Source: Leptolyngbyaceae cyanobacterium (GTDB taxonomy: Bacteria; Cyanobacteriota; Cyanobacteriia; Phormidesmidales; Phormidesmidaceae). From it: 64,000 nucleotides of DNA. Shown piece by piece: positions 20,953 to 30,855 of the stretch. The DNA lies in the NCBI GenBank assembly GCA_965263355.1, contig CBDHHL010000048.1, positions 192,001-256,000 of the forward strand, given 5' to 3'. Each line of letters starts with the position of its first letter. Position 1 is the stretch's first letter. The position numbers and the translations under genes were made by a program. A model generated the notes under the pieces. That model made no database searches. It saw only the letters and a program-made list of their open reading frames with translations, and was not told the DNA's origin.

Positions 20953-21879
20953 CTAAAGTACGCGAGCACGCAATAATGCTGGTGGTAAACATAGTAGCTT
21001 GCGCACTGTCGGCACAAACGCTCGCCGATTAAAGACGTCGTACTGATTCTCAGCAATGACATCTAAAATCTTACGATAGAGCATTAATGCTGACCAAACA
21101 GGCCAACGAGCGTCTGGGCTGAGAACACCTATACCACTCTCAGCCTGACGATAAAATTTTAACGCCCGCTGAATCTGAAACCGCATTAACGACCGCCAAC
21201 GCTCATCAATTACTCCATTTATCAAATCTGTCTCGCTATACTTAAATAGCTCAAGGTCCTCAAGGGGCAAATAAATACGACCACGACGAGCATCTTCGCC
21301 CACATCACGCAAAATATTTGTGAGCTGATTAGCAATACCAAGCGCAATCGCTTCCTCCGTTGGACAAGGTAATGCCTTAGCCCATGGGGCACTATTATAC
21401 TCAGGATCCAAACCCATCACAACTGTGGACATTAAACCAACAGTTCCCGCCACCCGATAGCAGTAGAGCTTCAAATCATCAAAGGTCTCATATCGAGAGC
21501 ATTGCAAGTCCATCCGCTGACCAGCAATCATGTCACGAAACGGTTGAATATCCAGTTCGAAATGCTCTAGAGCATCGACCATCGCCACATCGTAATCATC
21601 TTGAGGATTACCTGCAAAAACAGATTCTAGCTGTTCTTCCCAATCATCAAGGGTTGCTTCAGTTGTAAATTCTGCAGAAGGTCCATCCACCAACTCATCT
21701 GTACGCCTACACCATACATAAATAGCCCAGATAGCACGACGCTTGGCTTCAGACATCAGCATCGTACCCAAATAAAATGTTTTGGAATATTTAGCAGTGA
21801 TCTGTCGACAGCACTCATAAGACTCATCAATCGACGCCAAAGAAACAGGTGAGACAGTGGTGATGGATTGCAACAGCAT
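20953..21879 (-). CDS. crtB: Phytoene synthase
   Basis: SKTFYLGT, WCRRTDELVD, YCYRVAGTVGLM, NQLTNILRDVGEDARRGRIYLP. Confidence 0.96.
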   Translation of the reverse strand: MLLQSITTVSPVSLASIDESYECCRQITAKYSKTFYLGTMLMSEAKRRAIWAIYVWCRRTDELVDGPSAEFTTEATLDDWEEQLESVFAGNPQDDYDVAMVDALEHFELDIQPFRDMIAGQRMDLQCSRYETFDDLKLYCYRVAGTVGLMSTVVMGLDPEYNSAPWAKALPCPTEEAIALGIANQLTNILRDVGEDARRGRIYLPLEDLELFKYSETDLINGVIDERWRSLMRFQIQRALKFYRQAESGIGVLSPDARWPVWSALMLYRKILDVIAENQYDVFNRRAFVPTVRKLLCLPPALLRARVL

Positions 21880-22087
21880 GGGGTTCTTATTCAACGAAAA
21901 GCATCATGGGCTAGTGGCGGAGTTGAAAAGCAATGGCTAATTTGCTATCACAATATGACAAATCAAATGCACCTTACAAACAATAGGTGCTACCAGCACT
22001 TCAGAGCAACGATTGCTCACACACTCTATTTATTTCATCCATTATAATTTTTAGGCGTTACATTCTGATACAGAAACGAAACATTTA

Positions 22088-22133
22088 CCCATAAAGGTTT
22101 CAATCAATAGCCCTTGATTGAAACCTTTATGGG
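22088..22133. repeat. Perfect 20-bp inverted repeat with 6-nt spacer
   Basis: CCCATAAAGGTTTCAATCAA-TAGCCC-TTGATTGAAACCTTTATGGG. Confidence 0.9.
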
Positions 22134-22286
22134 CATACCCAATAGATGATAGATAGTCAGCTTCTATGGCAGCACGTTACTATAGGCTGTTGGTAAATCA
22201 TAGGCAATCAACAATCTTCTTACCTAGCAGCCAGGCCTTTGCTTAATAAGTCAGCTAGGTTTACTCAACTTACAACATCCATCCTC

Positions 22287-23567
22287 ATGACCACTAATTT
22301 CGACTGTTTGAGACAGACCGACCCAGACATTACTGTCATCATTGAGCATGAACGTCAGCGGCAACAAGATCATCTAGAGCTGATCGCCAGTGAGAACTTT
22401 ACATCCCCTGCTGTGATGGCAGCCCAGGGTTCTGTGCTGACTAATAAGTATGCCGAAGGTCTGCCTAGCAAGCGCTACTACGGCGGCTGCGAATTTGTTG
22501 ATCAGGCTGAGGCTCTTGCCATTGAAAGAATTAAGCAGCTATTTGGTGCTGCCCATGCTAATGTTCAACCCCACTCTGGAGCCCAGGCTAACTTTGCCGT
22601 CTTTTTAGCCTTGCTACAACCTGGCGACACAATCATGGGCATGGATTTATCCCATGGTGGTCACCTCACCCACGGCTCTCCGGTCAATGTTTCGGGTAAA
22701 TGGTTTAATGTCGTTCAGTACGGCGTTAATAAAGAAACTGAGCAACTAGATTATGATGCTATCCGTGAAATTGCGTTGGCACATCGCCCTAAGCTAATTG
22801 TTTGCGGTTACTCTGCTTATCCTCGGACTATTCACTTTGACAAGTTTCGGGCAATCGCCAACGAAATTGACGCTTATCTAATGGCCGACATTGCTCACAT
22901 TGCAGGGTTAGTAGCGACAGGCCATCACCCTAATCCCATTCCCCACTGCCATGTGGTTACCACCACTACCCATAAGACATTGAGAGGGCCTCGGGGTGGT
23001 TTAATCATGACAAGCGATCCGGATTTGGGTAAAAAGTTTGACAAAGCCGTCTTTCCTGGGAGCCAGGGGGGCCCTTTAGAGCATGTCATCGCTGCTAAAG
23101 CCGTTGCCTTTGGAGAAGCCTTGCAACCTGAGTTTAAAACCTACTCGTCCCAGGTCATTACCAATGCCCAGGCTCTGGCAGCTCAGCTTCAGACAAGGGG
23201 CTTTAAAGTAGTGTCAAACGGAACTGATAATCATTTGGTATTGGTTGACTTACGCTCCATTAGTATGACTGGTAAACAGGCTGACGCTTTAGTGAGCATG
23301 GTCAACATCACCGCCAATAAAAATACCGTGCCCTTTGATCCTGAATCTCCTTTTGTAACCAGTGGTCTGCGTCTGGGTTCACCAGCAATGACAACACGAG
23401 GGCTGGCAATTGACGAATTTAAAGAAATTGCCAACATTATTGCTGACCGACTGTTGTCACCTGAGGATAGTAATATTGAGGCCGACTGTCGAAATCGCGT
23501 TGCAGTTCTCTGCAAGCATTTTCCGCTTTATCCTCACCTGCATCCAACAGCAGCCGCACTAGCTTAG
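22287..23567 (+). CDS. glyA: Serine hydroxymethyltransferase
   Basis: [35 protein letters not shown]. Confidence 0.98.
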   Translation: MTTNFDCLRQTDPDITVIIEHERQRQQDHLELIASENFTSPAVMAAQGSVLTNKYAEGLPSKRYYGGCEFVDQAEALAIERIKQLFGAAHANVQPHSGAQANFAVFLALLQPGDTIMGMDLSHGGHLTHGSPVNVSGKWFNVVQYGVNKETEQLDYDAIREIALAHRPKLIVCGYSAYPRTIHFDKFRAIANEIDAYLMADIAHIAGLVATGHHPNPIPHCHVVTTTTHKTLRGPRGGLIMTSDPDLGKKFDKAVFPGSQGGPLEHVIAAKAVAFGEALQPEFKTYSSQVITNAQALAAQLQTRGFKVVSNGTDNHLVLVDLRSISMTGKQADALVSMVNITANKNTVPFDPESPFVTSGLRLGSPAMTTRGLAIDEFKEIANIIADRLLSPEDSNIEADCRNRVAVLCKHFPLYPHLHPTAAALA

Positions 23568-23584
23568 GCAACCAATTTTTATTC

Positions 23585-23608
23585 AAGCTAGCCAAGTTTG
23601 GCTAGCTT
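23585..23608. terminator. Inverted repeat after glyA (terminator or RNA-stabilising hairpin)
   Basis: AAGCTAGCCAA-GT-TTGGCTAGCTT; no immediate T-tract. Confidence 0.45.
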
Positions 23609-23849
23609 AGGGATATTTTTCTAAGCTAACCCGGTAAGTCAGGTCTTCATGACTTGAAAAATCGCTTCAAATGCCACTGTACATAGCAAGATTCTATAAA
23701 AATTTAACAATAGCAGTCTTAACCTTATATTCACAGCTTGAAAGATTCAAAAAACCTGCTAGTGTGACGGTGACTATTGTGTGTGCCGTCGGTCTTCGAT
23801 CTTGAGTTCATAAAATAGCTTGCGTTGTCTTCTCCATCCTCTGACACCC

Positions 23850-24911
23850 ATGCCTTTTCAGATATATCCCCTACTGGCTTTTACACTGTCAGCCGCTGTG
23901 GTACTCGTGTCCACACCTATTATCAAAAAAATTGGGTTACATAGTGGTCGAGTTGATATGCCTGGAGGACGTAAAGTCCATAAAGTCCCTATGGTGAGAC
24001 TGGGAGGCGTATCTATTTTTTTAGGCACAGTAGTTGCTTTATTGGTTGTTTGGAATACTGGCGGCTTTGTTGATGCGCAGGGGCAACAACTGGTTAATGA
24101 GCCAGAAGCAGAAATATGGGGAGTAACCTTAGGGGGCTTAGCTTTTTTCTTAATTGGCCTGTTGGACGATCTCTTTGGTCTCTCCGCCATTAGTCGACTT
24201 TTGATGCAGGCTGTTGTCGCTGCGATCACTTGGCATGTAGGTGTGGACATTGCCTTTGTATCGATTCCAGGCATAGGAATTGTACAGTTGGCTGCCTGGG
24301 TGAGCTTACCCATCACAGTAGTATGGCTGGTGGGTATGGCGAATGCAATTAATTGGATTGATGGTTTAGATGGTTTGGCAGCAGGAGTTTCGGGAATTGC
24401 TGCCATTGTGATGATGCTAGTTGCTTTATTTATGCAGCAACCTGCTGCTGCAATTATCGCAGCAGCTTTAGCGGGGGGAGCGCTAAGCTTTCTGAAATAT
24501 AATTTCAATCCAGCTCAAATATTTATGGGAGATGGTGGAGCTTACTACATGGGCTTTACCCTGGGAGGTGTTGGCGTCATTGGCTTAGTCAAGGGTGTAA
24601 CCACAGCGGCTGTATTTTTACCTTACTTATTGATATTAGCTGTCCCTATTTTGGACATGTCGGCAGTTATTTTCGCTCGTCTACGTCGTGGTTTATCACC
24701 ATTTGTAGCTGACAGACGCCATTTACACCATCGTTTATTGAATGCTGGTCTCTCCCATCGTTTTACAGTTTTATTTATATATACTCTAACGTTGTGGGTT
24801 GGTAGCTTAGCGTTAGCTTTTTCAGGCATGCCTAGCGGCATAGTCTATGCCCTTGGGTCAACGGCTTTGTTAAGCTACACCAGCTGGCGCGCAAAACGTC
24901 ATGCTAGATAA
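23850..24911 (+). CDS. WecA/TagO-like polyprenyl-phosphate GlcNAc-1-P transferase (MraY family)
   Basis: RKVH..RLGG, GLLDD, NAINWIDGLDGL, IFMGDGG, DRRHLHHRL. Confidence 0.92.
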   Translation: MPFQIYPLLAFTLSAAVVLVSTPIIKKIGLHSGRVDMPGGRKVHKVPMVRLGGVSIFLGTVVALLVVWNTGGFVDAQGQQLVNEPEAEIWGVTLGGLAFFLIGLLDDLFGLSAISRLLMQAVVAAITWHVGVDIAFVSIPGIGIVQLAAWVSLPITVVWLVGMANAINWIDGLDGLAAGVSGIAAIVMMLVALFMQQPAAAIIAAALAGGALSFLKYNFNPAQIFMGDGGAYYMGFTLGGVGVIGLVKGVTTAAVFLPYLLILAVPILDMSAVIFARLRRGLSPFVADRRHLHHRLLNAGLSHRFTVLFIYTLTLWVGSLALAFSGMPSGIVYALGSTALLSYTSWRAKRHAR

Positions 24912-24919
24912 TAGGCGAG

Positions 24920-26464
24920 TCAATAGGGATATTTGTAAGGTGTGATTAACTTTCCAACGTCATATAAGTAGAAGGTTTCTGTGACTCCTCCTGCTCGCTG
25001 AGTTACTACGCTCTCTAATAAATCAAATCGTTCAAAGTAGGGGGTGTAAGTTGCTCGAATCGCATTTTGGTCATAGTCGGCAATAGTCATAAATAACCCT
25101 GAATATCCCACCCAATCAGCTGGTTTAAACCAAACGGCATGTCCGCGTGGATCTTGGGTAAAGGCCATAACTGAGGCTGGGGTAATCGGGCTAATAGCCA
25201 TATCCACATAGCCACTGAGCCAAAACTCATTTGTAATTAGAAAATCAGTGGCAGCGATCGCATCTCTCACTTTCCCCTGTTGTAAACGCTGCCGCAGTTG
25301 CATAACATCAATCATGCTGGTGGTTGGATCAGTCTCTGGAGCAAGCATTTCCACTACGCCACCAGGACGCTGCAGGGTTCCCAACACAACATGTCCAAGG
25401 GTAAAGATTAACAATACTGCCATGCCTAAGGCAGTCCCTATTAGCCATCGTCTGACAACTTGAGGCGACCAGTCAGTGATTGCCGCTGCCAGTAATAAAC
25501 TTAGACTCCATAAGCCTGGTGCAGGCCAAGCTGGATAAATATGGGTGATTCCGCCAAGACAGGTAAACCCAATGGCGATGGGCAGCCCTAAACAGAGTAC
25601 AAAGCGCTTTTTCACATCATCTAGCTGCCAAAGACTACGACCGCTGACCCACCATAGGGGGAAACCTAGGGTAGGAAATAGATAGGCTACACCCACCAAC
25701 CAAACGCCGAGCATATTGAGCGGATTAAACATCGACCCACGGGTACTGCCATCAAATCGGGTAGATAGGTGAAAGCTAAAGGACAACCATTCATGCTGGA
25801 CATTCCAATACACCAAAGGGAGCAATACACCACAAAACAGAATCATTGCTACTCCCGTCCATGGGGAGAATAGCGCCCGTCGATGCTGAGGACTGGTGAT
25901 ACAAAACCCCAATAAACTCAGCCCTAAAGCAAACCCGTGATATTTGCTGAGACAGGCTAGACCTAACAGTAAGCCAATCAGAGCAATTTTGGCAGTGGGC
26001 CGATAGGGCTTTCCCATGGGAAAAAATTCCAGCACAGCCACATACATCGCCATGGACCACCAAAACATCAAGGCATTATCTGGAGCCGCTAAGAGACCAA
26101 AACTGAAGATAAATAGGGGACATAAGGAGGAGATCGCAACCGCCCACATACCAACGGCTGGATTAAACAACCATCGACCACTGAGATAGAGGAATCCTGT
26201 ACTAATGCTATACAGGCCTAATGCCCCCAATCGTATTGTTAACGGGGAAATGTAATTTGTCAGCCAGGGACCAATGGCCGTGGTCAAGGCCACCATCAAA
26301 GGATGATCAAAGTAGCTCCAATCCCAATGCTGGGTGTACAAAAAATAGTAAGCTTCATCAAATCCTGGTGGCAGCAGCCAGGCAATCAGGATTCGCAAAG
26401 CCCAAGAGCCGATTAAAATCCCAATTAACCAGCTTGGCCATCGCATTATTTTTCTAGTGGCCAT
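24920..26464 (-). CDS. ArnT/PMT-like (GT-C fold, family 39/83) membrane glycosyltransferase
   Basis: DEAYY..SYFDHP, PD, LSKY, WN..HEW.SF; many TM segments. Confidence 0.85.
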   Translation of the reverse strand: MATRKIMRWPSWLIGILIGSWALRILIAWLLPPGFDEAYYFLYTQHWDWSYFDHPLMVALTTAIGPWLTNYISPLTIRLGALGLYSISTGFLYLSGRWLFNPAVGMWAVAISSLCPLFIFSFGLLAAPDNALMFWWSMAMYVAVLEFFPMGKPYRPTAKIALIGLLLGLACLSKYHGFALGLSLLGFCITSPQHRRALFSPWTGVAMILFCGVLLPLVYWNVQHEWLSFSFHLSTRFDGSTRGSMFNPLNMLGVWLVGVAYLFPTLGFPLWWVSGRSLWQLDDVKKRFVLCLGLPIAIGFTCLGGITHIYPAWPAPGLWSLSLLLAAAITDWSPQVVRRWLIGTALGMAVLLIFTLGHVVLGTLQRPGGVVEMLAPETDPTTSMIDVMQLRQRLQQGKVRDAIAATDFLITNEFWLSGYVDMAISPITPASVMAFTQDPRGHAVWFKPADWVGYSGLFMTIADYDQNAIRATYTPYFERFDLLESVVTQRAGGVTETFYLYDVGKLITPYKYPY

Positions 26465-26589
26465 AGTTTCCTCAATACATACCCAACCATTGCAAGTATC
26501 AGATCAAATCAACCAGAAATGCTTTACCATCAAGCAACACAGGGCATTTTTTACATTTTTTGTTTGACAAACTATCCTGTCCAACCATC

Positions 26590-27855
26590 ATGACCGGCAG
26601 TGCAGAAATCATATGCGTAGGTACCGAACTGCTTTTGGGTGACATTGTCAATGGCAACGCTCAATATCTGGCACAGCAGCTAGCTCAGCTAGGTATTGCC
26701 CACTATTACCAAACTGTAGTGGGGGATAATCCCCTACGCTTAACACGGGCCATCGCCATTGCCTGTGAAAGAGCCCACTTAATTATTTTTACTGGTGGCC
26801 TAGGCCCCACATCTGACGACATTACGACAGCCACTATCGCCGATTTTTTTGGAGTCCCTCTGGTTGAGAATGTAGAGATTTTAGCTGATATTACTGCTAA
26901 ATTTGCTCAACGCCAGCGCCCTATGAGTAACAACAATCGCAAACAGGCACTCATACCTGCTGGAGCCAATATATTACCTAATCCCCAAGGCACAGCCCCT
27001 GGCATTCTCTGGCAACCTCGTCCAGGTCTGCACGTGATCACCTTCCCAGGGGTGCCGAGTGAACTCCACACCATGTGGCAAAAGACAGCCATTCCTTATC
27101 TGCAAACCCAGGGATGGAGCAACGGTATTATCCATAGCCGCACTCTGAAATTTTGGGGTACAAGTGAATCAGGACTCGCAACAAAGGTTGATGACTTTCT
27201 CAAACTAGACAATCCTACGGTAGCTCCTTACGCTAGCGATGGGGTGATCAAACTACGTATTTCAGCTCAAGCAAGCAACGTAGTAGAGGCCGAGCAGCTG
27301 ATTTCTCCCGTTGTTACACAAATCAAGGCCATCAGCGGCATTGATTGCTTTGGAGAAAATGAGGATACCCTGGGCAATGCCGTTGGTCGCCTATTATTAG
27401 CCCAAAAAGCCACCTTAGCTGTAGCTGAATCCTGTACAGGTGGAGGTTTGGGGGCTATGATCACAGCTGTCCCAGGAAGTTCTGCATATTTTATGGGAGG
27501 GATTATTTCCTATGACAATGCAGCCAAAGAACGGCTCCTCGGTGTATCTGCCCAAACCCTAGAAAAATATGGAGCTGTGAGTGCCGCAGTCGCAGAACAA
27601 ATGGCTATGGGCGTCCGCAGACAACTGGCAACCGATTGGGGGATAAGCATCACAGGAATTGCTGGTCCGGATGGCGGCAGCCCTCAAAAACCCGTAGGCT
27701 TAGTGTTCATTGGTGTAGCTAACCCGACCGATACATGGCATATCGAATGTCGTTTTGGCCATCGTAAAAGTCGTGAATGGATCCGCTTAATGAGCCGTAA
27801 TACCGCATTAGACATCCTACGTAGGACGCTCTTGGGCATCTCAAAAAGCGTGTAA
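26590..27855 (+). CDS. cinA: Competence/damage-inducible protein CinA (MoCF-like + NMN deamidase domains)
   Basis: VGTELLLG, GGLGPTSDDIT, PGVP, AESCTGG, TGIAGP. Confidence 0.94.
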   Translation: MTGSAEIICVGTELLLGDIVNGNAQYLAQQLAQLGIAHYYQTVVGDNPLRLTRAIAIACERAHLIIFTGGLGPTSDDITTATIADFFGVPLVENVEILADITAKFAQRQRPMSNNNRKQALIPAGANILPNPQGTAPGILWQPRPGLHVITFPGVPSELHTMWQKTAIPYLQTQGWSNGIIHSRTLKFWGTSESGLATKVDDFLKLDNPTVAPYASDGVIKLRISAQASNVVEAEQLISPVVTQIKAISGIDCFGENEDTLGNAVGRLLLAQKATLAVAESCTGGGLGAMITAVPGSSAYFMGGIISYDNAAKERLLGVSAQTLEKYGAVSAAVAEQMAMGVRRQLATDWGISITGIAGPDGGSPQKPVGLVFIGVANPTDTWHIECRFGHRKSREWIRLMSRNTALDILRRTLLGISKSV

Positions 27856-28026
27856 ATACCGATTGAGGGATCACCCAACCTTGATCATTTCTGTCAATTC
27901 GTTATCATAGTGAATACTTCCACAGATAAGTTCACTGAAGTTCACTTCAAGTTGATTTGCTATTTGTGGAATCTATAATGGTTCTACAAAGAGTTGCATT
28001 AGATGAGATTAGGAGCAACCTGGCTC

Positions 28027-28155
28027 ATGGACATTGGTAAAATTCTGGAAAAGCTGAAAAACTGGGTAAATAGAGTACTCGACTCTTTGCTTGGCCCCGC
28101 AGCGCAGCCGGAGCCAGAAGCAATTCCTATCCCAGTTAATGAGCGCCGTCGTTAA
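28027..28155 (+). CDS. 42-aa small protein of unknown function
   Basis: Not in ORF track. MDIGKILEKLKNWVNRVLDSLLGPAAQPEPEAIPIPVNERRR*; AGGAG at 28011-28015; TATAAT at 27974-27979. Confidence 0.75.
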   Translation: MDIGKILEKLKNWVNRVLDSLLGPAAQPEPEAIPIPVNERRR

Positions 28156-28272
28156 GTTTTGACATAACTGAGTATTGATTTAGGCGTTCACATGTGTCTG
28201 TGTATAGGCATAATTCAACACTTCAGTTGTTAGACTTTGATACTATTCAATATGTAGTTTCTGAACAACCTG

Positions 28273-28710
28273 TTGGATAGTATTTTGGTGATTCACGGTC
28301 CCAACTTAAATATGTTGGGAAAACGTGAACCTGAGGTTTATGGCAATAATACTCTCGCAGACATTAATGGAGCTTTGGAAGTTCTGTCCAAGGATTTGCG
28401 AGTTACTGTCAGTTTTTATCAGTCAAATCATGAAGGTGCACTGGTAGATGCTGTTCAAGCTTCTGTTGATAAGCATCAAGGAATCTTAATCAATCCTGGG
28501 GCTTACACCCACACGAGTGTGGCACTTCGTGATGCAGTTGCAGCTGTAGCCATTCCTACTGTTGAGGTTCATCTCAGTAATATTCACAAGCGCGAAGCAT
28601 TTCGGCACCACTCGTATATTGCCGCCGTTGCCATTGGTCAGATTTGTGGCTTTGGTATAGAAAGTTATTACCTTGGGTTAAGGGCTTTAGTGAATTATTT
28701 ACAGCTTTAA
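28273..28710 (+). CDS. aroQ: Type II 3-dehydroquinate dehydratase
   Basis: [39 protein letters not shown]. Confidence 0.96.
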   Translation: MDSILVIHGPNLNMLGKREPEVYGNNTLADINGALEVLSKDLRVTVSFYQSNHEGALVDAVQASVDKHQGILINPGAYTHTSVALRDAVAAVAIPTVEVHLSNIHKREAFRHHSYIAAVAIGQICGFGIESYYLGLRALVNYLQL

Positions 28711-28727
28711 TTCGCAAATCAATATTA

Positions 28728-30038
28728 TTAAGTATCAAGTACATTAGACTTGGGTTTGGGGTGATTTGACACTGAGCCATTTGGGCAAGGCGAGCTATAG
28801 TTCCCGTGATTGTCGGTTTCAGATGATTGGCTTTGCATTTGAGTCTTTAACTTTTCTAGCTGTTCAGCCATAATTTTGGCCATTGTTCCTGGTTCCCGCT
28901 GTTGTACCCATACCATACTTGCCGAGAGGAGTAGTTCTTTGAGATAGGCATAGGAAAAGTGATCAGATTCTATTGCGATTTCATAGATTTCTTTCTCCGA
29001 CAACTGCATAGCTGAGTTAAGCTTTTGATTCCACAGCTGTAGGTAAGCAACCCGATCTGTCGTTCCAGGGGCCTCGAAATGATATTTGCGGTCAAATCGG
29101 CTGGGTCGTTCCAAAATTGCAATGTCTAATCGCTCCGGATGATTAGTAGATGCAATCATCAGCACCCCATCATTCAGGGCAAATCCATCCAGCTCATTGA
29201 GAAAAAATGAACGATTTTCATCATCCACCAGTGCATCCAGGTCCTCGATCACCACAATGCACGGAGCTGCCTCCCGCACACGATTAAAGGCAAGACGCAT
29301 ATTATCGGTGTCACTATTCTGCCTGGTCTTAAAACTTTTGATATATAGACATGGGTGCCCTAAAGAATTCACTAGGGCCTTTACCATATGGGTTTTACCA
29401 TTACCCGGTGGCCCAATAAACAGCAAGCCACGCTTCCAAGGCACGTTATACTCTGCATACATCGGCTGGGATTCAAAAAACCGCTGGGCATCTTCATAAA
29501 TATCTTCCTTAAGCGTGCCAGCTAACACCAAATTTTCTAACGTGGCACTTTTAATCGACGCATATAGGTCACGATTTTTTTGCCAAAAACCCCCTTCAAA
29601 GACTAGAACTTCTTCCCGCACCTGGGAATTCCATCTACAAACGGCAGCAAAAAAGTCATCGGCCACAGTCTGGGTATCGGCCAAAATCCAATAGTATCGA
29701 CAATCATCAAAATAGCCCTGGGGCCAGGAAAGTTGTAAAACCATCAAGGTATGATTTTGCCAATGCACCTCAAAACAAAAATTCTTTTGCTCGTAGCGCA
29801 GCTTTTGTTTTTTAGCATCCCATAGCGTCATCACATGATTATGTACCAAGGCTTCACGGGTACTGGCCACATAACCTGGAGGCAAATCAACTGTACTAAT
29901 TAGCTGGGTTTTGCATAGGCCTTCTTCGGCATATTTCCGCAGATCAAAATAGTAACTATCCCCCTCTAAAATGACTTTCCCAGGAAAACTCTCGGCCAAA
30001 AACTGACTGACATAGTAGGGAATTGACGCAGGGGACAT
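28728..30038 (-). CDS. AAA+ ATPase (BCS1-like)
   Basis: WKRGLLFIGPPGNGKT, Walker B VVIEDLD, FLNELDG, STNHPERLD..RPSRFDRK. Confidence 0.85.
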   Translation of the reverse strand: MSPASIPYYVSQFLAESFPGKVILEGDSYYFDLRKYAEEGLCKTQLISTVDLPPGYVASTREALVHNHVMTLWDAKKQKLRYEQKNFCFEVHWQNHTLMVLQLSWPQGYFDDCRYYWILADTQTVADDFFAAVCRWNSQVREEVLVFEGGFWQKNRDLYASIKSATLENLVLAGTLKEDIYEDAQRFFESQPMYAEYNVPWKRGLLFIGPPGNGKTHMVKALVNSLGHPCLYIKSFKTRQNSDTDNMRLAFNRVREAAPCIVVIEDLDALVDDENRSFFLNELDGFALNDGVLMIASTNHPERLDIAILERPSRFDRKYHFEAPGTTDRVAYLQLWNQKLNSAMQLSEKEIYEIAIESDHFSYAYLKELLLSASMVWVQQREPGTMAKIMAEQLEKLKTQMQSQSSETDNHGNYSSPCPNGSVSNHPKPKSNVLDT

Positions 30039-30298
30039 CCTCAGCGCTTCTAAAATCAGATAGGTGAGATTAACTGAACGCGAACCCGATGAATAAAGCA
30101 TACTGAGGCGTGTGTTAATGCTTGAGGAGATTGATTACCCATAGACTATACTTTGCACTGCTTTTCCGCGACCTATGGGAAAACAGGATCATTAGTCCAC
30201 GTTCTGAACTTTAGGGTTTTTATAGCGGGAACTCAAGGTTTCACCGTGGATATGGTTAGCATGTGCTACGTTAACCACAACACTGTCGAGGGGTCGCT

Positions 30299-30844
30299 AT
30301 GGGTGATTTACAAGGTAATCCATTTATTGGCAATCCCTTTATGCAAAAGGGCAAAAAGACACCGCCTGTCAAGCGTGACCCCGAACCGCATCACCATCGC
30401 AAGGAGCCTAACGATCTCCCATTCGCTCCACCGTTACAATTCACTGACTCGCCCGCTGAATCAGCTAAAACATCTGCCAAGTCAGCTAAGCCCGTAAAAT
30501 CAACTGCCAAATCAACTACCAAATCAACCGCAGCAAAATCTCGCCCCAGTTCCAAACGTAAACGTACGAGTCAGCCTACCAATGCTATACCTGCCTCCAC
30601 AGGCTACTCAGTCAACGGCTATAAGGTGCAGGTGCTCGCTAAAATTCCCATGCCATCCAATACCAATATGCCCAGCCGTGACTATTTGTGGTTTGCGGTT
30701 TACCCAATCATTCCTCGGGTTGGGGACTGCATTTTTCACGATGGCCGTTACTTTCAGGTGGATGCTGTTTTTCTATATGAAAATGCAAATGCTAGCTGGT
30801 GTGCCGATTTAGAGGTTTCTTACTATACCAGGCGACCTCATTAA
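30299..30844 (+). CDS. Hypothetical protein with basic K/S/T/A-rich linker and small C-terminal beta-rich domain
   Basis: 181-aa ORF; KSTA-type repeats; PIIPRVGDCIFHDGRYFQVDAV. Confidence 0.65.
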   Translation: MGDLQGNPFIGNPFMQKGKKTPPVKRDPEPHHHRKEPNDLPFAPPLQFTDSPAESAKTSAKSAKPVKSTAKSTTKSTAAKSRPSSKRKRTSQPTNAIPASTGYSVNGYKVQVLAKIPMPSNTNMPSRDYLWFAVYPIIPRVGDCIFHDGRYFQVDAVFLYENANASWCADLEVSYYTRRPH

Positions 30845-30855
30845 TCAAAGAATAG

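Noticed and set aside
22057..22071. NtcA-like site GTTACATTCTGATAC
   Set aside because: Does not fit GTA-N8-TAC spacing and is misplaced relative to the nearby -10 hexamer.
22097..22124. GTTTCAATC..GATTGAAAC resembles CRISPR repeat ends
   Set aside because: Single copy, no spacers and no cas genes; explained as part of a longer inverted repeat.
23858..24508. Long antisense and alternate-frame ORFs (e.g. 216 aa opposite the WecA-like gene; many 60-170 aa ORFs inside tkt, fabF, SNF2 and others)
   Set aside because: Shadow ORFs fully overlapping well-supported genes; no motifs.
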